From: the human T2T-CHM13v2.0 reference genome, Homo sapiens
Length of the DNA stretch: 64,000 bases
Assembly (NCBI RefSeq): GCF_009914755.1
Contig: NC_060933.1
Strand: one strand, 5' to 3'
Below the pieces are notes generated by a model. It was not told where the DNA came from. It saw only the letters and a list, made by a program, of their open reading frames with translations, and did not search any database. Of the stretch, positions 29,401-40,914 are shown piece after piece; the first letter of the stretch is position 1; every line of letters begins with the position of its first letter. The position numbers and the translations under genes were made by a program.

Positions 29401-32400
29401 TCGAATGGAATGGAATGGAATGGAATGGAATCAACCCGAGTGCAATGGAATGGAGAGGAATGGAATGGAAACTACCCGAATGGAATGGAACGTAATGGAG
29501 TGTAAGGGAATTGAATAGAATCAATCCGAATGGAATGGAATGGAATGGAACGGAATGTAATGTAATGGAATGGAATGGAATCAACCCGAGTGCAGGGGAA
29601 TGGAATGGAATGGAATGCAATGGAATGGAATCATCCGGAATGGAATGGAATGGAATGCAATGGAATGGAATGGAATGGAATCAACCCGAGTGCAATGGAA
29701 TGGAGTGAAATGGAACGGAATGGAATGGAGACAACCAGAATGGATTGGAATATAATGGAGTGTAAGGGAATTGAATAGAATCAATCTGAATGTAATGAAA
29801 TGGAATGGAACGGAATGGAATGGAATGGAATGGAATGGAATGGAATGGAATGGAATGCAATGGAATGGAATCAACCCGAGTTCAATCGAATGGAATCGAA
29901 TGGAATGCAACGCAATGGAATGGATTCAACTTGAATGGAATGGAAACAATGGAATCAACACGAGTGGAATGGCATGGATTGGAATGGAATGGAATGGAAT
30001 CAACCCGAGTATAGGGGAATGGAATGGAATGGAATGCAATGGAATGGAATCATCCGTAATGGAATGGAAAGGAATGGAATGGAATGGAATGGAATGGAAT
30101 GGAATGGAATGGAATGGAATGGAATCGTTCCGAGTGGAATAGGAGGGAATGTATTCGAGTGGAATGGAAAAGAGTGGAATCAACCAGAGTGGAATGGAAG
30201 GGAATGGAATGGAATGGAAACTAATAGAATGGAATCAACCCGAGAGGAATGGAACGGAAAGGACTGGAATGGAATGGAATGGAATGGAATCAACTCGATT
30301 GTAATGGAATGGAATGGAATGGAATGGAATGGAATGGAATCAACTCGATTGCAATCGAATGGAATGGAATGTAATTAACCCGAATAGAATGGAATGGAAT
30401 GGAATGGAACGGAACGGAATGGAATGGAATGGAATGGAATGGAATGGAACGGAAAGGGAGGGAATGGAATGGAATAGAATGGAATGGAATGGAATCAACG
30501 CGAGTGCAGGGGAATGGAATGGAATGGAATGCAATGGAATGGAATCTTCCGGAATGGAATGGAATGGAATGGAATGGAATGGAATGGAATCAACCCGAGT
30601 GCAATGGAATGGAGTGGAATGGAATGGAATGGAATGGAACAACCCGAATGGAATGGAATCGAATGGAGAGTAAGGGAGTTTAATAGAATCAATCCGAATG
30701 TAATGGAATGGAATGGAACGGAATGGAATTGAATGGAATGGAATGGAATACAATGGAATGGAAATAACCCGAGTGCAATGGAATGGAGAGGAATGGAATG
30801 GAATGGAATGGAAACTACCCGAATGGAATGGAATGTAATGGAGTGTAAGGGAATTGAATAGAATCAATCCGAATGTAATGGAATGGAATGGAACGGAATG
30901 GAATGGAATGCAATGGAATGGAATGGAATGCAATGGAATGCAATCAACCCAAGTGTAATCGAATGGAATCTAATGGAATGGAATGCAATGGAATGGATTC
31001 AACTTGAATGGAATGGAAAGAATGGAATCAACACGAGTGGAATGGCATGGATTGAAATGGAATGGAATGGAATCAACCCGAGTACAGGGGAATGGAATGG
31101 AATGGAATGCAATGGAATGGAATCATCCGGAATGGAATGGAATGGAATGGAATGCAATGCAATGGAATCAACTCGTTTGCAATGGAATGGATTGAAATGG
31201 AAAGGAATAGAATGGAATCAACCCGAGTGGAATGGAATGGAAAGGACTGGAATGGAGAGGAATGGAATGGAATGGAATGGAATGGAATCAACTCGATTGG
31301 AATGGTATGGAATGGAATGGAATGGAATTAACCCGAATAGAATGGAATGGAATGGAATGGAACGAAAAAGGAATGGAATGGAATGGAATGCAATGGAACG
31401 GAAAGGAATGGAATGGAATGGAATGGAATGGCATGGAATGGAATCAACGCGAGTGCAGGGCAATGGAATGGAATCGAATGGAATGGAATGGAATGGAATG
31501 GAATCAACCCGAATGCAGGGCAATGTAATGGAACTGAATGCAATGGAATGGAATCATCCTGAATGGAATGGAATGGAATGGAATGGAATCAACCTGAGTG
31601 CAATGGAATGGAGTGGAATGGAATGGAATGGAATGGAACAACTCGAATGGAATGTAATGTAATGGAGAGTAAGGGAGTTGAAAAGAATCAATCCGAATGT
31701 AATGGAATGGAATGGAACGGAATGCAATGGAATGGAATGGAATGGGATGGAATGCAATGGAATGGAGTAAATCCGAGTGCAATCGAATGGAATCGAATGG
31801 AATGGAATGCAATGGAATGGATTCAACTTGAATGGAATGGAAAGAATGGAATCAACACGAGTGGAATGGCATGGATTGGAAAGGAAAGGAATGGAATCAA
31901 CACGAGTACGGGGGAATGGAATGGAATGGAATGCAATGGAATGGAATCATCCGGAATGGAATGGAATGGAATGGAATGGAATGGAATGGAATGGTATGGA
32001 ATGGAATGCAATGGAATGGAATCAACGCGAGTGCAGGGGAATGGAATGGAATGGAATGCAATGGAATGGAATCTTCCGGAATGGAATGGAATTGAATGGA
32101 ATGGAATGGAATGGAATGGAATGGAATGCAATGGAATGGAATCAACCCGAGTACAATGGAATGGAATGGAATGGAATGGAATGGAATGGAATGGAATGGA
32201 ATGGAATGGAATGGAATTGAATGGAATGGAATGCCTTCAAACTGAATGGAATGGAAAGGAATGTAATCAACACGAGTGGAATGGAATGGAATGGAATGGA
32301 ATGGAATGGTACGGAATAGAATGGAATGGAACGAAATGGAATGGAATGGAATGGAATGGAATGGAATGGAATGGAATGGAATGGAATGGAATGGAATGGA

Positions 32401-32699
32401 ATCGTTCCGAGTGGAATAGGAGGGAATATTTTCGAGTGAAATGGAAAGGAATGGAATCAACCAGAGTGGAATGGAAGGGAATGGAATGGAATGGAAACTA
32501 ATAGAATGGAATCGACCCGAGTGGAATGGAATGGAAAGGACTGGAATGGAATGGAATGGAATGGAATGGAATGGAATGGAATGGAATGGAATCAACTCCA
32601 TTGTAATGGAATGGAATGGAATGGAAAGGAATGGAATGGAATGCAATGGAATTAACCCGAATAAAATGAAAAGGAATGGAATGGAACGGAATGCAAAGC

Positions 32700-32727
32700 A
32701 ATGGAATCAACTCGGGTTGATTCCATT
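32700..32727. other. Strand-switch (inversion) breakpoint within the satellite
   Basis: Seen: aatggaatcaac-tcgg-gttgattccatt; 12-bp perfect inverted arms (32700-32711, 32716-32727) around tcgg. Satellite polarity flips here and at no other point I could see. Confidence 0.95.
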
Positions 32728-34443
32728 CCCTTCTTTCCATTCCATTCCATTCCATTCCATTCCTTTCCATTCCATTCCATTGCCTTGCATTCCACTCGGG
32801 TTGATTCCATTCCCTTCTTTCCACTTCATTACATTCCCTTCCATTCCACTCGGAATGATTGATTCCATTCCATTCCATTCCATTTCATTCCATTGCAATC
32901 CATTCCAATCCATTCCATTCCACTGCATTCCACTCGAGTTGACTTCATTCCATTCCTTTCCATTCCATTTCATTCCTTTCCACTCGAGTTGATTCCATTC
33001 CATTCCAATCCATTGCATTCCATTCCATGCCATTCCACTCGGGTTGATTCCATGCCTTTGCATTCCATTCCATTCCATTCCATTGCATTCCATTCCATTC
33101 CATTCCGTTGCATTCCATTAAATTACATTCGGATTGATTCTATTCAACTCCCTTACTCTCCATTACATTCCATTCCATTCGGGTTGTTCCATTCCATTCC
33201 ATTCCATTCCACTCCATTCCATTGCACTCGGGTTGATTCCATTCCATTCCATTCCATTCCATTCCATTCCATTCCGGATGATTCCATTCCATTGCATTCC
33301 GTTCCATTACATTCCCCTGCACTCGCGTTGATTCCATTCCATTCCATTCCATTCCATTCAATTCCATTCCATTACAATTCGTTCCATTCCATTCTATTCC
33401 GTACCACTCCATTCCATTCCATACCATTCCATTCCATTCCATTCCATTCCATTCCATTCCATTCCGTTCCATTCCGTTCCATTCCGTTCCATTCCATTCT
33501 ATTCCATTCTATTCGGGTTAATTCCTTTCCATTCCATTCCATCCCATTCTATTACATTCCATTGCAATCAAGTTGAATCCATTGCATTTCATTCCATTCC
33601 ATTCCATTCCATTCCATTCCGGAAGATTGCATTCCATTGCATTCCATTCCATTCCATTCGCCTGCACTCGCGTTGATTCCATTCCATTCCATTCCATTCC
33701 ATTCCATTCCATTCCGTTCCGTTCCGTTCCATTCCATTCCATTCCATTCCATTCCATTCCATTCTATTCGGGTTAATTCCATTCCATTCCATTCGATTGC
33801 AATCGTGTTGATTCCATTCCATTCCATTCCATTCCAATCCATTCCTTTCCATTCCATTACGGATGATTCCATTCCATTGCATTCCATTCCATTCCATTCC
33901 CCTGTACTCGGGTTGATTCCATTCCATTGCATTCCAATCCATGCCCTTCCACTCGTGTTGATTCCATTCTTTCCATTCCATTTAAGTTGAATCCATTCCA
34001 TTGCATTCCATTCCATTCGATGCCATTCGATTGCACTCGGGTTGATTCCATTCCATTGCATTCCATTCCGTTCCATTCCATTCCATTCCATTCCGTTCCG
34101 TTCCATTCCATTCCATTACATTCGGATTGATTCTATTCAATTCCCTTACACTCCATTACATTCCATTCCATTCGGGTAGTTTCCATTCCATTCCATTCCA
34201 TTCCTCTCCATTCCATTGCACTCGGGTTGATTCCATTCCATTGCATTCCATTCCATTCCATTCAATTCCATTCCGTTCCATTCCATTCCATTACATTCGG
34301 ATTGATTCTATTCAACTCCCTTACTCTCCATTACATTCCTTTCCGTTCGGGTTGTTCCATTCCATTCCATTCCATTCCACTCCATTCCATTGCACTCGGG
34401 TTTATTCCATTCCATTCCATTCCATTCCATTCCATTCCATTCC

Positions 34444-34458
34444 ATTCCGGAAGATTCC
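34444..34458. promoter_or_regulatory. Perfect canonical heat-shock element motif (nTTCnnGAAnnTTCn); first of at least 21 in the right arm
   Basis: Seen: aTTCc-gGAAg-aTTCc. Other starts: 36317, 37737, 38806, 40276, 41505, 42965, 44143, 45786, 46500, 47083, 49974, 50813, 51688, 54098, 55250, 56978, 58572, 60059, 61129, 62996. Binding is inferred. Confidence 0.55.
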
Positions 34459-37400
34459 ATTCCATTGCATTCCATTCCATTCCATTCCCCTGCACTCGCG
34501 TTGATTCCTTTCCATTCCATTCTATTCCATTCCATTCCATTCCATTCCATTCCATTCTTTCCGTTCCATTCCATTCCATTCCATTCCATTCCATTCCGTT
34601 CCGTTCCGTTCCATTCCATTCCATTCCATTCCATTATATTCGGGTTAATTCCATTCCATTCCATTCGATTGCAATCGAGATGATTCCATTCCATTCCATT
34701 CCATTCCATTCCATTCCATTCCATTCCATTCCATTCCATTCCATTCCATTGCACACGGGTTCATTCCATTCCATTCCATTCCATTCCATTCCATTTCATT
34801 CCATTCCATTCTATTCCGTATCATTCCATTCCATCCCATTCCATTCCGTTCCATTCCATGCCATTACACTCGGGTTGATTCCATTCCTTTCCATTCCATT
34901 CTTGTTGAATCCATTCCATTCCATTCCATTCCATTCGAATCCATTCCATTGCACTTGGGTTGATTCCATTCCATTCCATTCCATTCCATTTCATTCCATT
35001 CCATTCCATTACATTCGGATTGATTCTATTCAATTCCCTTACACTCCATTACATTCCATTCCATTCGGGATGTTTCCATTCCATTCCATTCCATTCCACT
35101 CCATTCCATTGCATCAGGTTGATTGCATTCCATTCCATTCCATTCCATTCCGGATGATTCCATTCCATTGCATTCCATTCCATTCCATTCCCCTGCACTC
35201 GGGTTTATTCCATTCCATTCCATTCCATTCCATTCCATTCCATTCCATTCCATTCCATTCCATTCCTTTCCATTCCATTCCATTCCATTCTATTCCGGTT
35301 AATTCCATTCCATTCCTTTCCATTCCATTCCATTCCATTCCATTCCATTGCAATCGAGTTGATTCCATTCCATTCCATTCCATTCCGTTCCGGATGATTC
35401 CATTCCATTCCATTCCATTCCATTCCATTCCATTCCGTTCCATTCCATTCCATTCCATTCTATTCGGGTTAATTCCATTCCATTCCATTCCATTCCATTC
35501 CATTCCATTCCAATGGAGTTGATTCCATTCCATTCCATTCCATTCCATTCCACTCCATTCCACTCCTTTCCATTCCATTACACTCGGGTTGATTCCATTC
35601 TATTACTTTCCATTCCATTCCATTCCATTGCAATCGAGTTGATTCCATTGCTTTGCATTCCATTCCATTCCATTCCATTCCGGACGATTACATTCGATTG
35701 CATTCCATTCCATTCCATTCCCCTGCACTCGGGTTGATTCCATTCCATTCCACTCCATTCCGTTCCATTCCATTCCATTCCATTGTATTCGGGTTAATTC
35801 CATTCCATTCCATTCCATTCCATTCCATTCCATTACAATCGAGTTGATTCCTTTCCATTCAATTCCATTCCATTCCATTCCATTCCAGTCCTTTCCATTC
35901 CATTCCACTCGGGTTGATTCCATTCTATTAGTTTCCATTCCATTCCATTCCCTTCCATTCCACTCTGGTTGATTCCATTTCTTTCCATTCCACTCGAATA
36001 CATTCCCTCCTATTCCACTCGGAACGATTCCATTCCATTCTATTCCATTCCATTCCATTCCATTCCATTCCATTCCATTCCATTCCAGTTCGTTCCATTC
36101 CATTCTATTCCGTACCATTCCATTCCATTCCATTCCTTTCCATTCCATTCCTTTCCACTCGTGTTGATTCCATTCCTTTCCATTCCATTCGGTTTGAAGG
36201 CATTCCATTCCATTCAATTCCATTCAATTCCATTCAATTACATTCCATTCTATTCCATTCCATTGCAATCGAGTTGAATCCATTGCCTTTCATTCCATTC
36301 CATTCCATTCCATTCCATTCCGGAAGATTCCATTCCATTCCATTCCATTCCATTCCATTCCCCTGAACTCGCGTTGATTCCATTCCATTCCATTCCATTC
36401 CATTCCATTCCGTTCCGTTCCATTCCATTCCATTCCATTCCATTCCATTCCGTTACGTTCCATTCCATCCCATTCCATTCTATTCGGGTTAATTCCATTC
36501 CATTCCATTCGATTGCCATCGAGTTGATTCCATTCCATTCCATTCCATTCCATTCCATTCCATTCCTTTCCATTCCATTACGGATGACTCCATTCCATTG
36601 CTTTCCATTCCATTCCATTCCCCTGTACTCGGGTTGATTCCATTCCATTCCATTCCACTCCATTCTGTTCCGTTGCATTCCATTCTTTTGCATTCCATTC
36701 TATTCGGGTTAATTCCATTCCATTCTATTCCATTCCATTCCATTCCATTGCAATGGAGTTGATTCCATTCCATTCCATTCCATTCCGGATGATTCCATTC
36801 CATTGCATTCCATTCCATTCCATTCCCCTGCACTCGTGTTGATTCCATTCCCTTCCATTCCATTCCATTCCGTTCCATTCCATTCCATTCCATTCTATTC
36901 CGGTTAATTCCATTCCATTCCATTCCATTCCATTCCATTCCATTCCATTGCAATCGAGTTGATTCCATTCCATTCCTTTCCATTCCATTCCATTGCCTTG
37001 CATTCCACTCGTGTTGATTCCATTCCCTTCTTTCCACTCCATTACATTCCCTTCCATGATTGATTCCATTCTATTCCATTCCAATTCATTCCATTGCAAT
37101 CCATTCCAATACATTCCATTGCATTCCATTCCACTCGAGTTGACTTCAGTCCATTCCTTTCCATTCTTTTCCATTCCTTTCCACTCGAGTTGATTCCATT
37201 CCTTTGCATTCCATTCCATTCCATTCCATTCCATTCCATTCCATTCCATTCCATTCCTTTGCATTCCATTCCATTACATTCGGATTGATTCTATTCAACT
37301 CCCTTACTCTCCATTACATTCCATTCCATTCGGGTTGTTCCATTCCATTCCATTCCATTCCACTCCATTCCATTGCACTCGGGTTGATTCCATTCCATTC

Positions 37401-40400
37401 CATTCCATTCCATTCCATTCTATTCCGGATGATTCCATTCCATTGCATTCCGTTCCATTACATTCCCCTGCACTCGCGTTGATTCCATTCCATTCCATTC
37501 CTTTCCATTCAATTCCATTCCATTACAATTCGTTCCATTCCATTCTATTCCGTACCATTCCATTCCATTCCATACCATTCCATTCCATTCCATTCCATTC
37601 CATTCCATTCCGTTCCATTCCGTTCCATTCCATTCCATTCCATTCTATTCGGGTTAATCCCATTCCATTCCATTCTATTCCATTCCATTGCAATCGAGTT
37701 GAATCCACTGCATTTCATTCCATTCCATTCCATTCCATTCCGGAAGATTCCATTCCAATGCATTCCATTCCATGCCATTCCCCTGCACTCGCGTTGATTC
37801 AACTCGGGTTGATTTCATTCCATTGCATTCCATTCCATTCCATTCCATTCCATTCCATTCCATTCCGTTCCATTCCATTCCATTACATTCGGATTGATTC
37901 TATTCAATTCCCTTACACTCCATTACATTCCATTCAATTCTGGTAGTTTCCATTCCATTCCATTCCATTCCTCTCCATTCCATTGCACTCGGGTTGATTC
38001 CATTCCATTGCATTCCATTCCATTCCATTCCATTCCACTCCGTTCCATTCCATTCCATTACATTCGGATTGACTCTATTCAACTCCCTTACTCTCCATTA
38101 CATTCCATTCCATTCGGCTTGTTCCATTCCATTCCATTCCATTCCATTCCACTCCATTCCATTGCACTCGGATTTATTCCATTCCATTCCATTCCATTCC
38201 ATTCCATTCCGGATGATTCCTTTCCATTGCATTCCATTCCATTCCATTCCCCTGCACCCGCGTTGATTCCATTCCATTCCATTCCATTCCATTCCATTCC
38301 ATTCCATTCCATTCCTTTCCGTTCCATTACAATCGAGTTGATTCCTTTCCATTCAATTCCATTCCATTCCATTCCATTCCAGTCCTTTCCATTCCATTCC
38401 ACTCGGGTTGATTCCATTCTATTAGTTTCCATTCCATTCCATTCCCTTCCATTCCACTCTGGTTGATTCCATTTCTTTCCATTCCACTCGAATACATTCC
38501 CTCCTATTCCACTCGGAACGATTCCATTCCATTCTATTCCATTCCATTCCATTCCATTCCATTCCATTCCATTCCAGTTCGTTCCATTCCATTCTATTCC
38601 GTACCATTCCATTCCATTCCATTCCTTTCCATTCCATTCCTTTCCACTCGTGTTGATTCCATTCCTTTCCATTCCATTCGGTTTGAAGGCATTCCATTCC
38701 ATTCAATTCCATTCAATTCCATTCAATTACATTCCATTCTATTCCATTCCATTGCAATCGAGTTGAATCCATTGCCTTTCATTCCATTCCATTCCATTCC
38801 ATTCCATTCCGGAAGATTCCATTCCATTACATTCCATTCCATTCCATTCCCCTGCACTCGCGTTGATTCCATTCCATTCCATTCCATTCCATTCCGTTCC
38901 GTTCCATTCCATTCCATTCCATTCCATTGCATTCCGTTCCGTTCCATTCCATCCCATTCCATTCTATTCGGGTTAATTCCATTCCATTCCATTCGATTGC
39001 CATCGAGTTGATTCCATTCCATTCCATTCCATTCCATTCCATTCCATTCCTTTCCATTCCATTACGGATGACTCCATTCCATTGCTTTCCATTCCATTCC
39101 ATTCCCCTGTACTCGGGTTGATTCCATTCCATTCCATTCCACTCCATTCGGTTCCGTTGCATTCCATTCTATTGCATTCCATTCTATTCGGGTTAATTCC
39201 ATTCCATTCTATTCCATTCCATTCCATTCCATTGCAATGGAGTTGATTCCATTCCATTCCATTCCATTCCGGATGATTCCATTCCATTGCATTCCATTCC
39301 ATTCCATTCCCCTTCACTCGTGTTGATTCCATTCCCTTCCATTCCATTCCATTCCGTTCCATTCCATTCCATTCCATTCTATTCCGGTTAATTCCATTCC
39401 ATTCCATTCCATTCCATTCCATTCCATTCCATTGCAATCGAGTTGATTCCATTCCATTCCTTTCCATTCCATTCCATTGCCTTGCATTCCACTCGTGTTG
39501 ATTCCATTCCCTTCTTTCCACTCCATTACATTCCCTTCCATGATTGATTCCATTCTATTCCATTCCAATTCATTCCATTGCAATCCATTCCAATACATTC
39601 CATTGCATTCCATTCCACACGAGTTGACTTCATTCCATTCCTTTCCATTCTTTTCCATTCCTTTCCACTCGAGTTGATTCCATTCCATTCCAATCCATTG
39701 CATTCCATTCCATGCCATTCCACTCGGGTTGATTCCATTCCTTTGCATTCCATTCCATTCCATTCCATTCCATTCCATTCCATTCCTTTGCATTCCATTC
39801 CATTACATTCGGATTGATTCTATTCAACTCCCTTACTCTCCATTACATTCCATTCCATTCGGGTTGTTCCATTCCATTCCATTCCATTCCACTCCATTCC
39901 ATTGCACTCGGGTTGATTCCATTCCATTCCATTCCATTCCATTCCATTCCATTCCATTCCATTCCGGATGATTCCATTCCATTGCATTCCGTTCCATTAC
40001 ATTCCCCTGCACTCGCGTTGATTCCATTCCATTCCATTCCTTTCCATTCAATTCCATTCCATTACAATTCGTTCCATTCCATTCTATTCCGTACCATTCC
40101 ATTCCATTCCATACCACTCCATTCCATTCCATTCCATTCCATTCCATTCCGTTCCATTCCGTTCCATTCCATTCCATTCCATTCTATTCGGGTTAATCCC
40201 ATTCCATTCCATTCTATTCCATTCCATTGCAATCGAGTTGAATCCACTGCATTTCATTCCATTCCATTCCATTCCATTCCGGAAGATTCCATTCCAATGC
40301 ATTCCATTCCATGCCATTCCCCTGCACTCGCGTTGATTCAACTCGGGTTGATTTCATTCCATTGCATTCCATTCCATTCCATTCCATTCCATTCCATTCC

Positions 40401-40874
40401 ATTCCATTCCGTTCCATTCCATTCCATTACATTCGGATTGATTCTATTCAATTCCCTTACACTCCATTACATTCCATTCAATTCTGGTAGTTTCCATTCC
40501 ATTACATTCCATTCCTCTCCATTCCATTGCACTCGGGTTGATTCCATTCCATTGCATTCCATTCCATTCCATTCCATTCCACTCCGTTCCATTCCATTCC
40601 ATTACATTCGGATTGACTCTATTCAACTCCCTTACTCTCCATTACATTCCATTCCATTCGGCTTGTTCCGTTCCATTCCATTCCATTCCATTCCACTCCA
40701 TTCCATTGCACTCGGGTTTATTCCATTCCATTCCATTCCATTCCATTCCATTCCGGATGATTCCTTTCCATTGCATTCCATTCCATTCCATTCCCCTGCA
40801 CCCGCGTTGATTCCATTCCATTCCATTCCATTCCATTCCATTCCATTCCATTCCTTTCCATTCCATTCCATTCC

Positions 40875-40914
40875 GTTCCGTTCCGTTCCGTTCCGTTCCG
40901 TTCCGTTCCGTTCC
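40875..40914 (-). repeat. (GGAAC)8 secondary microsatellite (GTTCC on +)
   Basis: Eight consecutive GTTCC units. Confidence 0.9.

Larger units (their letters stand above)
1..32709 (+). repeat. Satellite III (HSat3) array, (GGAAT)n orientation; irregular, probably HSat3B-type
   Basis: Seen: continuous GGAAT pentamers with interspersed CAACCCGAGT decamers and variants (caactcgatt, caacgcgagt, caacacgagt, taacccgaat, catccgg). Established: pentamer plus A(C/T)TCGGGTTG decamer defines classical satellite 3; the CATTCGATTC/ATG pattern of HSat2 is not dominant. Subfamily and chromosome are inference only. Confidence 0.96.

Noticed and set aside
325-32000. Mostly -1 shifts of pentamer register at fixed motifs (gaacaacccg, ggaaagaatgg, gcaatcaacc)
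   Set aside because: Explained by a few ancestral 1-bp deletions copied with their modules; +1 shifts also occur (about 19383 and 31365).
1-32709. SCA31-type (TGGAA)n expansion or telomeric repeat
   Set aside because: There are no TAAAA/TAGAA tracts, unique flanks or TTAGGG, while HSat3 decamers occur throughout.
32441-33093. Chimeric ORFs across the junction (MEWNG switching to IPFHS)
   Set aside because: Direct consequence of the strand switch; no independent evidence of coding.
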